Shown here: piece after piece, positions 31,177 to 39,560 of the stretch | How the letters are laid out: the number at the start of each line of letters is the position of its first letter | Numbering within the stretch: the first letter of the stretch is position 1 | From: Thermoanaerobaculia bacterium | GTDB lineage: Bacteria > Acidobacteriota > Thermoanaerobaculia > Multivoradales > JAGPDF01 | DNA: 64,000 bases | Direction of reading: 5' to 3' | NCBI GenBank assembly: GCA_963821905.1 | Contig: CAWGFP010000011.1 | Span: 165,950-229,949, forward strand | The notes under the pieces: generated by a model | Told to the model about the DNA's origin: nothing | Database searches by the model: none | Seen by the model: the letters and a program-made list of their open reading frames with translations, nothing else | Position numbers and translations under genes: made by a program

Positions 31177-32904
31177 CTCGAGCTCGGTCGCCGCGCCGTT
31201 CGCGGCCAGCAGACGGACGCCCTTGGCGCCTACCAGGAGCAGCGGGCAGGCGGCGTCGCCGGTCGCCAGCGCCCGCGTCGCGTCGCTCGCGGCGTCGCGC
31301 CATGGGTCGTTGCCGGAGCGCAGCCAGACGCCCTCTTTGCCACTCCACACCAGGCCGCCAGCCGCGACCTGCACCGCGCCGCCACGGTAAGGCACGGCGA
31401 CTTCGTGATTGCTGTCGACGCTCAAGCGGTAAAGACCCTCGGCGTCGGCGACCCACAGCGTGTCGCCGTCGAGCGCAGCGGCGCGCGGCGGCCCGTGGCG
31501 GTAGGGCACTTCGGAGAACTGCTCGCCGGTCGATTGCCACAGCTTCTGCGACCCGCGCGCCACCACTCGGCGCCCGGCGACGAGCACCTGCTCGATGCGG
31601 CCGCTGCCCAGCTCCTCCACCCTGCTCAGGCCGCCGCCGACCGCGCGGAACAGTCCCTGCTCGGTGGCGGCCCAGACGCCGTCCTCCGACGAGCCGGTCG
31701 AGGCGAGCGCCAGCACGGTCGGCACTCGCAGCGGGCCGGCGAAGCTCCGGCCGCCATCGGCAGTCGTGTAGATGCCCGAGGCCGGCCCGGCGTGGTTCAC
31801 GGCGACGTGCAGCCGCTGGCCCTCGCGCACCAGCGCCATCACCCTGGAGTTGGTCATGCCGGTGTCGGAGCGCGTCCAGCTCGCTCCGCCGTCCTCGCTG
31901 CGCCAAACGCCTCCGCCCTCGCTGCCCATGAGAACGCGATCCGGCCGTGTGGGATGACTGGCCAGCGCGAGCACCGCGAGATCCGGCGGCGAGGTGCGCC
32001 GCCAGTGCATGCCGTCGTCCTCGGATAGATGCACGCCACCGACCGTCCCGGCGAGCAGCCGACCGCTCGCTAGCACCGCGAAACTCGGCGTGCGGCGCTC
32101 GGAGAAGCCCTCCTTGTGGCGTTGCCAGGTCTCGCCCAGGTTCGCAGTGCGATAGACCCAGCCGCACGTCGAGGCCCACAGCTCTCCGGCTTTCCACGGC
32201 ACCGGACTCAGGCTGAAGACATCGGTGTCGTCGAACATCCCGGTGAAGATTCCGCGCCAGCTCGAGCCGCCGTCGTCCGAGCGAAAGGCGCGGTGCCAGG
32301 TGCCGGCAATCAGGGTCTGTGGATTGAGCGCGTCGACGTACAAACTGTTGACGTTCTCGATCTCGGGATAGCTGGCGGTGACGACATACCAGCTCGTGGC
32401 GTCGTCGGTCGTCTTGTACACGCCGCGCCGAGTGGCGGCGTAGAGCACTCCCGGCGCGCCCGGAACGAACGCGATCGCGTAGACCTGCTCTTCGTCGCGC
32501 ACCGGATGGGGAACCGTCCAGGTCTTGCCGTGATCTTCGGTCCAGGCGACCAGGCCGCCGCCCCAGATACCCCACAGCGACGCCCAAAGCCGCTTCGGGC
32601 GGTTGGGATCGAACAGCAGCTCGCCCACCACCCAGCCCGGAAACGGCAGCCGCGCCCCGGCGTCCTTCCAGGTCGCGCCGCCGTCCGTCGAGCGGTAAAC
32701 GTGACCCGCCGAGGTGCCGGCGAGCGCGATGTCGGGATCGCGAGGATCGATCGCGAGGCTGCGCACGTCAGCGCCCCAGAGCGGCGCCGTCTGCCAGGAC
32801 TCCGCTGTGCCCCCAGCCGTATTGGGGGCTGTGCCCCCAGCCGTAGTGGCGGCGGTCGCCGGCAAGAGGAGCAACGCCACCAAGACCCAGCGCATTCGGC
32901 TCAT
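31066..32904 (-). CDS. secreted BNR/Asp-box repeat (sortilin/Ycf48-like beta-propeller) protein
   Basis: Intact 612-aa ORF with a signal peptide. Asp-box repeats are STDGGATW, TEDHGKTW, TTDDATSW, SDDGGSSW, TANLGETW, SEDDGMHW, SEDGGASW and TADGGRSF. Confidence 0.8.
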   Translation of the reverse strand: MSRMRWVLVALLLLPATAATTAGGTAPNTAGGTAESWQTAPLWGADVRSLAIDPRDPDIALAGTSAGHVYRSTDGGATWKDAGARLPFPGWVVGELLFDPNRPKRLWASLWGIWGGGLVAWTEDHGKTWTVPHPVRDEEQVYAIAFVPGAPGVLYAATRRGVYKTTDDATSWYVVTASYPEIENVNSLYVDALNPQTLIAGTWHRAFRSDDGGSSWRGIFTGMFDDTDVFSLSPVPWKAGELWASTCGWVYRTANLGETWQRHKEGFSERRTPSFAVLASGRLLAGTVGGVHLSEDDGMHWRRTSPPDLAVLALASHPTRPDRVLMGSEGGGVWRSEDGGASWTRSDTGMTNSRVMALVREGQRLHVAVNHAGPASGIYTTADGGRSFAGPLRVPTVLALASTGSSEDGVWAATEQGLFRAVGGGLSRVEELGSGRIEQVLVAGRRVVARGSQKLWQSTGEQFSEVPYRHGPPRAAALDGDTLWVADAEGLYRLSVDSNHEVAVPYRGGAVQVAAGGLVWSGKEGVWLRSGNDPWRDAASDATRALATGDAACPLLLVGAKGVRLLAANGAATELELPVPPRDIAAAVSFGGRLWLGTSGHGLLSKPFTCGG

Positions 32905-32911
32905 CTCGTGA

Positions 32912-33742
32912 TCACACCTCTACCGCTGCGTGCCGGCGATTTCGTACCGCCACGATCTGCGCCAGGATGGAAATCGCGATCTCACCGGGGCTGGTGCCGC
33001 CGATTTGGATTCCGATCGGACCGTGAAACACGCTTTCATCCATCTGCAAGCCTTGGGCCGCGATCTCGCGCCGCACCCGGTCGACTTTACGCCGGCTACC
33101 CATCAAGCCCAGGTAGCGCAGGCGAGACGGCGACTGACGCAGCACACCGGCGATCGCCGCCGCATCGGTTTCCCAGCAACGGCTCACCGTCGCGACGTAG
33201 AGGTCGCGCTCCCGCCAACGCGCGAGGAAATCCTCCCGGAAATCGCGCGACACGGCTTCGGTGGCCGCGCCGGCGGGAAAGAGCTCGGAGCGCAGGAACT
33301 CGCTGCGGTCGTCGGTCACCACGATGTCGAATCCTGCCACCCGCCCGGCCTGCGCCACCGCCTGGCCGACCGGACCGCCGCCGCAAACCAGCAACACCGG
33401 CGCGGCGGCGAGCACCTCGAGGAAAACTTCCGCCATGCCGCCGCACACCATGCCGGTCGGCTCGCCCTTTACCGCGTGCTCCGTGAAGTAATAGCGCTTG
33501 ATCTCGGCCTCGGCGCTCGCGTCGCGAAGCTTGGCGCGCGCGTCCGCGTGCACCAGGGCTTCGAAGGCGCCGCCACCGAGATTGCCGACCGCGCTGCCGT
33601 CGGGTCGGACCAGGAGCTTCCAGCCCGCCTTGCCCGGCGTCGATCCCTCGACGCGCACGATCTGGCAGAGGGCCGCGCGCCCCTGCTCACGCAGGGTGCG
33701 CCCGGCCTCGGCGAGAACGTCGGCGAACAGCGGGTCCTGCAT
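32912..33742 (-). CDS. XdhC/CoxI-family accessory (molybdoenzyme maturation) protein
   Basis: From codon 114 of ORF 32912..34081 (MQDPLFADVL...). Blocks include VRVEGSTPGKAG, a Rossmann-like VLLVCGGGPVGQAVAQ and PIGIQIGGTSPGEIAISILAQIV. Confidence 0.8.
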   Translation of the reverse strand: MQDPLFADVLAEAGRTLREQGRAALCQIVRVEGSTPGKAGWKLLVRPDGSAVGNLGGGAFEALVHADARAKLRDASAEAEIKRYYFTEHAVKGEPTGMVCGGMAEVFLEVLAAAPVLLVCGGGPVGQAVAQAGRVAGFDIVVTDDRSEFLRSELFPAGAATEAVSRDFREDFLARWRERDLYVATVSRCWETDAAAIAGVLRQSPSRLRYLGLMGSRRKVDRVRREIAAQGLQMDESVFHGPIGIQIGGTSPGEIAISILAQIVAVRNRRHAAVEV

Positions 33743-33744
33743 CG

Positions 33745-35640
33745 CTACGGACAGGTGGCGAAGGCGTCGGTGTCCTGGATCGGCGGCGCCGGAGTGTCGA
33801 GCGGGTTGTAGTAGAGATTCACCCGCCCGCTGGTGCGATCGATGACCGTGATCTCGAACTCGACGTTGGTCGTCGCGGCGTAGAACACCCAGAACCGGCT
33901 GGCGAATCCGCAGGCGTTGATCACCTTGATCAAGACCTGCCAGTCGCTCGGATCGTTGAAGAAGAAAATGCCCGAGGCCGCGGTGCCCGCCGGCGCTACC
34001 TTGGCGGCGGTGAAGTTGGGCTGGCCTCCGCCGGGCGACCGCCAGATCATTTCGATCTTGAAGCGCCCGCTCTGGACGCACAGCGTGTCGGCGTCGGCGA
34101 TGCAGACCGCGGTCGTCGCCGGGGTGCTGAAGGTGGCGACATTGCTGTAGCCGGAGAAGCCGCCGCCGCCCTGCGCCCGAACGCGCACCCGAATCAAGGT
34201 GTTCGAGGGCAGACCGTTGATCACCGCGCCGGTCGAATTGGCGGGCAGCGAGCCGATGTCCACGAAGCCGCCACCGCTATCGACCTCGATGCGGAAGCCG
34301 GTCTCGTTGGTCGAATTGTCGTTCCAGCCGACCTCGCCGGCCGTGTGAGATAGCGGCGCGCCCACCAGATTGCTCGGCGCCGCCGGCGCCGTGCCGGTCC
34401 CGTAGAGAACCGCGATCGCGGCGCGATCGTCGCTATTCAACTGCGCACCGCGGCCGTCGTCGTGAACGAAGGCGTTCATCAGCGCGTTCTCGAACGACGC
34501 GTTGTTGCAATTCGGGTCGGGACCGTCGTCGTCGCCGCAGGAATGCCCGAGCCCGAGGGTGTGGCCCAGCTCATGGCCGTAGAGCTCCTGGGCGGCCTTT
34601 GCCTTGTTCGAGCTGTCGTCGAAGAAGCACTTGACGTTGTTCTGGATCACGATGTCGGCGCCCAGGATCTCCCAGAAGGTGTCGCCGTGGAAAACCACCG
34701 TATCGTCTCCGAACCACGGACCGCCGATGGCGAGCACGCCGCCGTTGGCGCAGGAGAAGCTGCCCGGAATCTGGCCGTTCGGATCCTCGGGGGACAGCGT
34801 GTTCTTGTTGTCGAAGCAGCTCGCGTCATCGCACAGGCCGCCGTCGGAGCCGGTGGTGCCACCGTAGTTGTAGCGGATATTGGTGTTGGGATCGTTGGTC
34901 CACGCATTGAGAGCGGTCTGGAAATCGCCAAAACCGTTACCCGGCTGGCCGGGTTGGCCGGAGTTCAGCATGCGCCAGGACACGGCCCCGCCGGAGTCGA
35001 AGGCCTTCCAGCGCAGGTTCAAGTTGTCGATCTCGAAGAACGTGAACGAGTCGACCAATGAGCGCAGCTGCGAGCCCTCGTCGCCAGTCACCAGGTAATC
35101 GACGACGCGGGCGCGGCCGGCGGCGCGCTCCTTGACCCAATTGGAAAAGGTGTCGGCGTCGCGCACCGGCTCGGCGGCCGGGGCACGGTTGCCGATGGTC
35201 AACTGGCTCACCTCGCGCAGGTTGCGCACCGCCAGAGTACGGCCACCGGCGCGCACCTCGTGGAAGGCGCCCAGGAAGAGCTGGGCGATGTCGAAGCGGC
35301 CGTCGCGCCGCGGGTGCAGGAAGAGAATCGCCTCTTCGCCGTCGGCGAAGCGCGGCGCGCCGTAGACCCTGAAGCTCAAGCCGTCCTGGTTCCTGCCGCC
35401 GGGAACCGTCACTTGCAGGCGGCGCGGAGCGCTGCCCTTCAACGAGTCGACGACCTCGACCTCCCAGCCGTGGCGCGGACTGGAGGAGACCTCGGCGTCG
35501 AGCGTCCGCACGATGCGGCCGCGCACGATCAGCGTCGCCTCGTCGACCAGCGCCTCGTCGGTCATCGCCACGTACGACGTCGCGCCGGCGGGCACGGCCG
35601 GCGCGGCGAGCAACAGGATCAACGCGAGCAGCCTCTTCAT
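33745..35640 (-). CDS. secreted mosaic metzincin: P188-like N-domain + matrixin-like catalytic domain + fibronectin type III + 122-aa Cys-bracketed C-terminal domain
   Basis: From codon 20 of ORF 33745..35697 (MKRLLALILLLAAPAVPAGA). Motifs are HELGHTLGLGHS, the Met-turn ALMNAF and SDDRAAIAVLYG. The FN3-like part is PSNLVGAPLSHTAGEVGWNDNSTNETGFRIEV.... The tail runs CIADADTLCVQSGRFKIEMIW...FWVFYAATTNVEFEITVIDRTSG...DTDAFATCP. Confidence 0.85.
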   Translation of the reverse strand: MKRLLALILLLAAPAVPAGATSYVAMTDEALVDEATLIVRGRIVRTLDAEVSSSPRHGWEVEVVDSLKGSAPRRLQVTVPGGRNQDGLSFRVYGAPRFADGEEAILFLHPRRDGRFDIAQLFLGAFHEVRAGGRTLAVRNLREVSQLTIGNRAPAAEPVRDADTFSNWVKERAAGRARVVDYLVTGDEGSQLRSLVDSFTFFEIDNLNLRWKAFDSGGAVSWRMLNSGQPGQPGNGFGDFQTALNAWTNDPNTNIRYNYGGTTGSDGGLCDDASCFDNKNTLSPEDPNGQIPGSFSCANGGVLAIGGPWFGDDTVVFHGDTFWEILGADIVIQNNVKCFFDDSSNKAKAAQELYGHELGHTLGLGHSCGDDDGPDPNCNNASFENALMNAFVHDDGRGAQLNSDDRAAIAVLYGTGTAPAAPSNLVGAPLSHTAGEVGWNDNSTNETGFRIEVDSGGGFVDIGSLPANSTGAVINGLPSNTLIRVRVRAQGGGGFSGYSNVATFSTPATTAVCIADADTLCVQSGRFKIEMIWRSPGGGQPNFTAAKVAPAGTAASGIFFFNDPSDWQVLIKVINACGFASRFWVFYAATTNVEFEITVIDRTSGRVNLYYNPLDTPAPPIQDTDAFATCP

Positions 35641-35693
35641 GGGAGCGTTCTCCGGGAGTTGGTGCGCGCCATCCGCGCGCGAGACGGCAGGGA

Positions 35694-36044
35694 TCACGAC
35701 GAAGCCGCGGTCTTCGGAGGCGAAGAGGACGCGGCGCTGTCTTTGGTCTTATCGGCCTTGTCGGACTTGGCCTCGCCCGCTGACGACGAGGAGTCGCCTG
35801 AGGAAGAGTCGCCAGAGGAAGAGGCGCCCTCGGTGGCGGACTTGTCACCCTTGGCCGCGCCCTTCTTGCCAGCGTAGTCGGTGGCGTACCAACCGGAGCC
35901 TCCTAAACGGAAGCCAGAGGTGGAGATCAGCTTCTTGAGCGGGCCGCCGCAGTCCGGGCAGACCGTCAACGGCGCTTCGTCCATGCGCTGCAGCGTCTCG
36001 GTGCGGCGCGCGCAGCTCTGGCACTCGTATTCGTACAGCGGCAC
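35694..36044 (-). CDS. FmdB-family zinc-ribbon protein with Ser/Asp/Lys-rich tail
   Basis: Track ORF 116 aa: MPLYEYECQSCARRTETLQRMDEAPLTVCPDCGGPLKKLIS, the hallmark CxxC...CxxC. A low-complexity tail follows. Confidence 0.8.
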   Translation of the reverse strand: MPLYEYECQSCARRTETLQRMDEAPLTVCPDCGGPLKKLISTSGFRLGGSGWYATDYAGKKGAAKGDKSATEGASSSGDSSSGDSSSSAGEAKSDKADKTKDSAASSSPPKTAASS

Positions 36045-36058
36045 GGGACGATTCTACT

Positions 36059-36835
36059 TTAGACGCCCCCGAATTCGTCGCCCTCGGTGCGGAGGCGAAT
36101 CCGGAGCCCGCCCTGCTCCGCGCCGGAGCGGCGGATGAGTTGCAGCACGAGGAAGCTATATAGCAGCTTGGCGTTATCAGCCGGCGACCAGGGACCGCTA
36201 TTGCAGAGCTCGAAGAAGCTGCGCTTGCCGTTGACCAGCGAGAGCAGCTTCCACTGCTCGGGGTCCAGCCCGATCTCGATCAGGTCCTCGACCCGGAAGG
36301 TCGGCTCGAGGATGGTTTCCTTGCGCCCCATGCGCAGGGCGAGCGCCCGCGCCGACGGCGCGCGCTTGATCCCTTCGACGATGACATGGCGCAGGGGAAG
36401 GTGAATGCGGATCATGTCCTGGTCTTCGAACTCGGAGATGCGAAAGGTGATCTCGCCCTCCTCCCAGGTGAAAAGCCCCCAGACGATCTCCTCGATCTGC
36501 CCGACGATGCCGCGGTAGACCTCGCCCGGCGAGAGGTAACCGCCCTCGACCAGCAGCGAACCGAAGCGGCGGCCGGTCATGGCGCGCGCCTTCACCGTGG
36601 CGCCGTACATCTCCGGCGTGATGCGGTCGTGGCGGCGCAGGAACGCGCCCAGGCTGTCGTTGCGGTCGGTCGACGAGGCGTGGATGACGTTGCCCGAGCG
36701 CACCCAGATCCGCTTGGTGACGCCGTCGCGCGCGGCCTCCATCAAGCCGGGCACGCGATGGTGGTAAATGGTGAAAAGGATCTCCGGCAAGGTGGTCTGC
36801 CGCAGATCCCCGCGGTATTCGAAAGTACGTTCCAC
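36059..36835 (-). CDS. DUF4388-domain protein
   Basis: From the GTG at codon 60 of ORF 36059..37012: VERTFEYRGDLRQTTLPEILFTIYHHRVPGLMEAARDGVTKRIWVRSGNVIHASSTDRNDSLGAFLRR, the DUF4388 pattern. Confidence 0.65.
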   Translation of the reverse strand: MERTFEYRGDLRQTTLPEILFTIYHHRVPGLMEAARDGVTKRIWVRSGNVIHASSTDRNDSLGAFLRRHDRITPEMYGATVKARAMTGRRFGSLLVEGGYLSPGEVYRGIVGQIEEIVWGLFTWEEGEITFRISEFEDQDMIRIHLPLRHVIVEGIKRAPSARALALRMGRKETILEPTFRVEDLIEIGLDPEQWKLLSLVNGKRSFFELCNSGPWSPADNAKLLYSFLVLQLIRRSGAEQGGLRIRLRTEGDEFGGV

Positions 36836-36891
36836 GTGTGCCGCTCCGAAGGAGCCGGAGTGTATCCCAGGCGCGCTGCTAAGCTCGCCGC

Positions 36892-38103
36892 ATGCTGCGG
36901 CCGGAAGAGGCCTGGGAGCGCTTTGCGGCTCGCCTGCCGGCGCCGCGGGCCGAGGTCTGCGGCCGCGGCGCGGCACTGGGGCGGGTCCTGACGCGCTCCC
37001 CCCGCGCCACAACCGACGTGCCGGCGAGCGATGTTTCGGCGATGGACGGCTTTGCCATCGCCGGCTCGCTTCCGGTGGACGCCACCCTACCCGTCGCCGC
37101 TACGATCGCCGCCGGCGATGCGCCGGGGGCGCCGCTCCCCGCCGGGAAAGCCACGCGCATCATGACCGGCGCGCCCATTCCCGCCGGCACCGACCGAGTG
37201 GTGCCGGTCGAGCACTGCGAGAGCCGCGGCGATGCCGTCCTGGTGAAGCGCGACGTAGCCCAGGGCGCCAACATCCGCCGCCGTGGCGAGATTCAGACGG
37301 CCGGCGATGCGCTCCTCCGGCCCGGTGCCATCCTTACCCCTGGGGCACTGGCGCTTCTCGCCACCCATGGTCATCGCGACGTCGAGGTCGCCGGCCGGCC
37401 CCGGGTATCGATCCTGGTGACCGGCGACGAAGTCGTGCCGGCAGACACCGATCCAGGGCCGGGCGAGCTCCGCGACTCGCACACCGACTTTCTCCTCGCC
37501 GCCTGCGGCAGCCTGGGCATCGCGGCGCAGCCGCTCGGCATCGCCCCCGACCGCCCGCAGGATCTCGTCCCGTTGGTCCGGCGAGCGCTTGAGGCCGACC
37601 TGGCGCTGGTCACCGGCGGCGTGTCGATGGGCGCCTACGACCTCGTCGAGAGCGCGCTCACCGAGTGCGGCTGCGAGATCTTCTGCGACGCCGTCGCGAT
37701 GCAACCGGGGAAACCCCTGGTGATGGCGGCGCACCCTGGAGGCGTCGTGCTGGCGCTGCCGGGAAATCCCGCCTCCGCCATGGTCGGTTTCTGGCTCTTC
37801 GGGCGGCCCGCGCTGCGGCGAATGATGGGATTCGAGGACGCCTTCTGGCATGGCGCTCTCGCCGGCCGGCTCACCGCTCCGCTCCCCGCCGGCCGCGACC
37901 GTGACCGTTTCATGCCCGCCGAGCTGCGTTTCCTGGATGGGGAGATCCTGGTCGCCCCGGTGGCACCACGCGGCTCCCACGACCTCGGCGCATTCGGCCG
38001 GGGCACCGGTATGTTGCGCGTGCGGGCGGGCTCCCCGCCGTTCGCCGCCGGCGAGCGCTGCGAGGTATTGCCCCTGATCGATTGGCCGAGCGAGACCGCC
38101 TAG
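36892..38103 (+). CDS. moeA: molybdopterin molybdenumtransferase
   Basis: Intact 403-aa ORF with SAMDGFAI, RIMTGAPIPAG, ATHGH, GDELV-like TGDEVV and VTGGVSMGAYD blocks. Confidence 0.9.
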   Translation: MLRPEEAWERFAARLPAPRAEVCGRGAALGRVLTRSPRATTDVPASDVSAMDGFAIAGSLPVDATLPVAATIAAGDAPGAPLPAGKATRIMTGAPIPAGTDRVVPVEHCESRGDAVLVKRDVAQGANIRRRGEIQTAGDALLRPGAILTPGALALLATHGHRDVEVAGRPRVSILVTGDEVVPADTDPGPGELRDSHTDFLLAACGSLGIAAQPLGIAPDRPQDLVPLVRRALEADLALVTGGVSMGAYDLVESALTECGCEIFCDAVAMQPGKPLVMAAHPGGVVLALPGNPASAMVGFWLFGRPALRRMMGFEDAFWHGALAGRLTAPLPAGRDRDRFMPAELRFLDGEILVAPVAPRGSHDLGAFGRGTGMLRVRAGSPPFAAGERCEVLPLIDWPSETA

Positions 38104-38116
38104 CTACAATGCCGGT

Positions 38117-38215
38117 GGAAGCGCTCGGGGGCTGGTGCCTCTCGCGGTCTTCAAAACCGTTGTCCCGTGCCGGCGAGGCGGGGGAGGTGGGTTCGATTCC
38201 CATGCGCTTCCGCCA
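38117..38215 (+). tRNA. selC: tRNA-Sec (anticodon UCA), 99 nt including CCA
   Basis: Read directly: GGAAGCGC (8-bp acceptor pairing with GCGCTTCC), a 6-bp D-stem, anticodon loop CTTCAAA, a long variable arm, T-loop GGTTCGATTCC, and discriminator G followed by CCA. The architecture parallels E. coli selC. Confidence 0.9.
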
Positions 38216-38246
38216 CGCGCCCACGGCGCGTGGCGAAGCGCATGGG
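38199..38246 (+). terminator. strong hairpin using the 3' 17 nt of tRNA-Sec plus downstream complement (possible terminator or processing structure)
   Basis: cccatgcgcttcCgccacgcgc (38199-38220), loop ccacg, then gcgcgtggcgaagcgcatggg (38226-38246). This gives 21 bp with one bulge. There is no T-tract. Confidence 0.45.
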
Positions 38247-38297
38247 AACTCGGGGGCGTCGCGGCCCTTGGCGGGCCGCTCCGGCCGCGATTCCCTA

Positions 38298-38975
38298 CTA
38301 CGTCACCCGCTCCAGCAGCCGGCGCGAGCGGATCAGGCGTGAGTACACCACTCCCACGTGGTACCAATGCAGGAAGAACGCTTCGCGCAGGGCACGGAGC
38401 GCGTAGCCCGCCTTCTTGGGACTCGCCGCCATCGCTGGCGACGGCACCACCTCGAGGCCGAGGCCGCGGGCGTAGGCCACAGCTCGGGCCAGATGCAGCG
38501 GATCCGAAACCAAGAGCACGCTTCGCCAGCCGTGCTCGCGCCAGCTCTCGCGGACGAAGTAGAGATTTTCCAGCGTGTGCCGGCTGCGGTCTTCGCGCAG
38601 GATGAGCTCGGGCGCCAGGCCTCGGTCGACGAGATACTCCTCGCCTGCCGCCGCCTCGCTGCGCCGGGCGTCACCGGTGAGCCCCCCGGCGATGACGATC
38701 CGCGGCGCCCAACCGGCCAGATGCAGATCGCGTCCGTATTCCAGGCGGGCGGCGAAGACCGGCGTCGGCTGGTCGCCGCGTAGGACCCGGCCGAGCACCA
38801 GGACCGCGTCCGCGCGGCGCGGCGGTTCGCCCTGCGACTGGCGCAACACCTGGCGCAGGCGGTAGAGCACGGGCAGCCCGATCCCCACCACCGCCAGCGA
38901 CGAAGCCAGCAGGAAGGAGCTGACGGCTCCCGGCCCCAGAAAGCTCGACCAGGTCTCGGTGCTGTGCCGCGGCAT
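38298..38975 (-). CDS. DUF218 (YdcF/ElyC/SanA-family) membrane-anchored protein
   Basis: Track ORF 225 aa with an N-terminal TM segment. Blocks are ADAVLVLG, RIVIAGG, SRHTLENL and VLLVSDPLHLARA. Confidence 0.8.
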   Translation of the reverse strand: MPRHSTETWSSFLGPGAVSSFLLASSLAVVGIGLPVLYRLRQVLRQSQGEPPRRADAVLVLGRVLRGDQPTPVFAARLEYGRDLHLAGWAPRIVIAGGLTGDARRSEAAAGEEYLVDRGLAPELILREDRSRHTLENLYFVRESWREHGWRSVLLVSDPLHLARAVAYARGLGLEVVPSPAMAASPKKAGYALRALREAFFLHWYHVGVVYSRLIRSRRLLERVT

Positions 38976-39026
38976 GCTCCTAGGGTAGCGCGGAAATCTC
39001 CCGCCTCGTCAATACAATCGCGCGTC

Positions 39027-39545
39027 ATGGCGATGCCACGGCTTCTCCTGCGCCTGCTCAACCTCTTTCCACCGTTTCTCGGCGCCGGAATCCGGGTGCG
39101 GCGGCTGGAACACGGCTACGAAACCCGCATGACGCTGCGGCTCTACAACCGCAACTACTGGGGAACCCACTTCGGCGGCTCGCTGTTCGCCATGTGCGAC
39201 CCGTTCTTCGTGCTGACGCTGGCCGAGCGGATGGGCAAGGGTTACGCGATCTGGGACAAGACGACCACCATCCGCTTCTTGCGGCCCGGGCGGGGGACCG
39301 TACGGGCCCGCATGGTAGTGCCGCCCGAGCGGGTGGCCGAGATTCGCGCCAATGCGGATCGCGACGGTCGGACGGAACCTCAATTCGTTGTCGAGGTGGT
39401 CGACGAAAGCGGTGAAGTGGTGGCAAGGTTGGAAAAACTGATCTCGGTAAAACGGCTCGGTGTCATCCTGAGCGCAGCGAAGGATCTGGGTGGGGGCGGC
39501 TCGCCGGAACCCCTGCCCCCAGATCCTTCGCTTCGCTCAGGATGA
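39027..39545 (+). CDS. DUF4442 / YiiD_C-like hot-dog-fold (thioesterase-like) protein; 3' end runs into a palindromic repeat
   Basis: From codon 22 of ORF 38964..39545: MAMPRLLLRLLNLFPPFLGAGIRV...NYWGTHFGGSLFAMCDPFFVL...YAIWDKTTTIRFLRPGRG. The last ~28 codons (GVILSAAKDLG...PDPSLRSG) are translation of the repeat. Confidence 0.65.
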   Translation: MAMPRLLLRLLNLFPPFLGAGIRVRRLEHGYETRMTLRLYNRNYWGTHFGGSLFAMCDPFFVLTLAERMGKGYAIWDKTTTIRFLRPGRGTVRARMVVPPERVAEIRANADRDGRTEPQFVVEVVDESGEVVARLEKLISVKRLGVILSAAKDLGGGGSPEPLPPDPSLRSG

Positions 39546-39546
39546 C
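39462..39546. repeat. 85-bp palindromic REP/MITE-like element (GTCATCCTGAGCGCAGCGAAGGATCTGGG...CCCAGATCCTTCGCTTCGCTCAGGATGAC)
   Basis: The arms (39462-39496 and 39510-39546) are reverse complements with about 1-2 mismatches. The element sits between two convergent genes. Its translations give ILSAAKDL, HPERSEGS and LRFAQDD peptides in the track ORFs. Confidence 0.8.
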
Positions 39547-39560
39547 ACTGCGAGACTCGC

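Noticed and set aside
32800-32860. A 21-nt tandem duplication (ctgtgcccccagccgta x2) giving TAGGTAPNTAGGTAES after the BNR signal peptide, and a 15-nt repeat in the FmdB tail (about 35795-35830).
   Set aside because: These are short in-frame low-complexity linker duplications and not a distinct feature.
38216-39545. A genomic island integrated at selC.
   Set aside because: There is no integrase, no direct repeat of the tRNA 3' end (the copy present is inverted and adjacent), and the downstream genes have normal GC.
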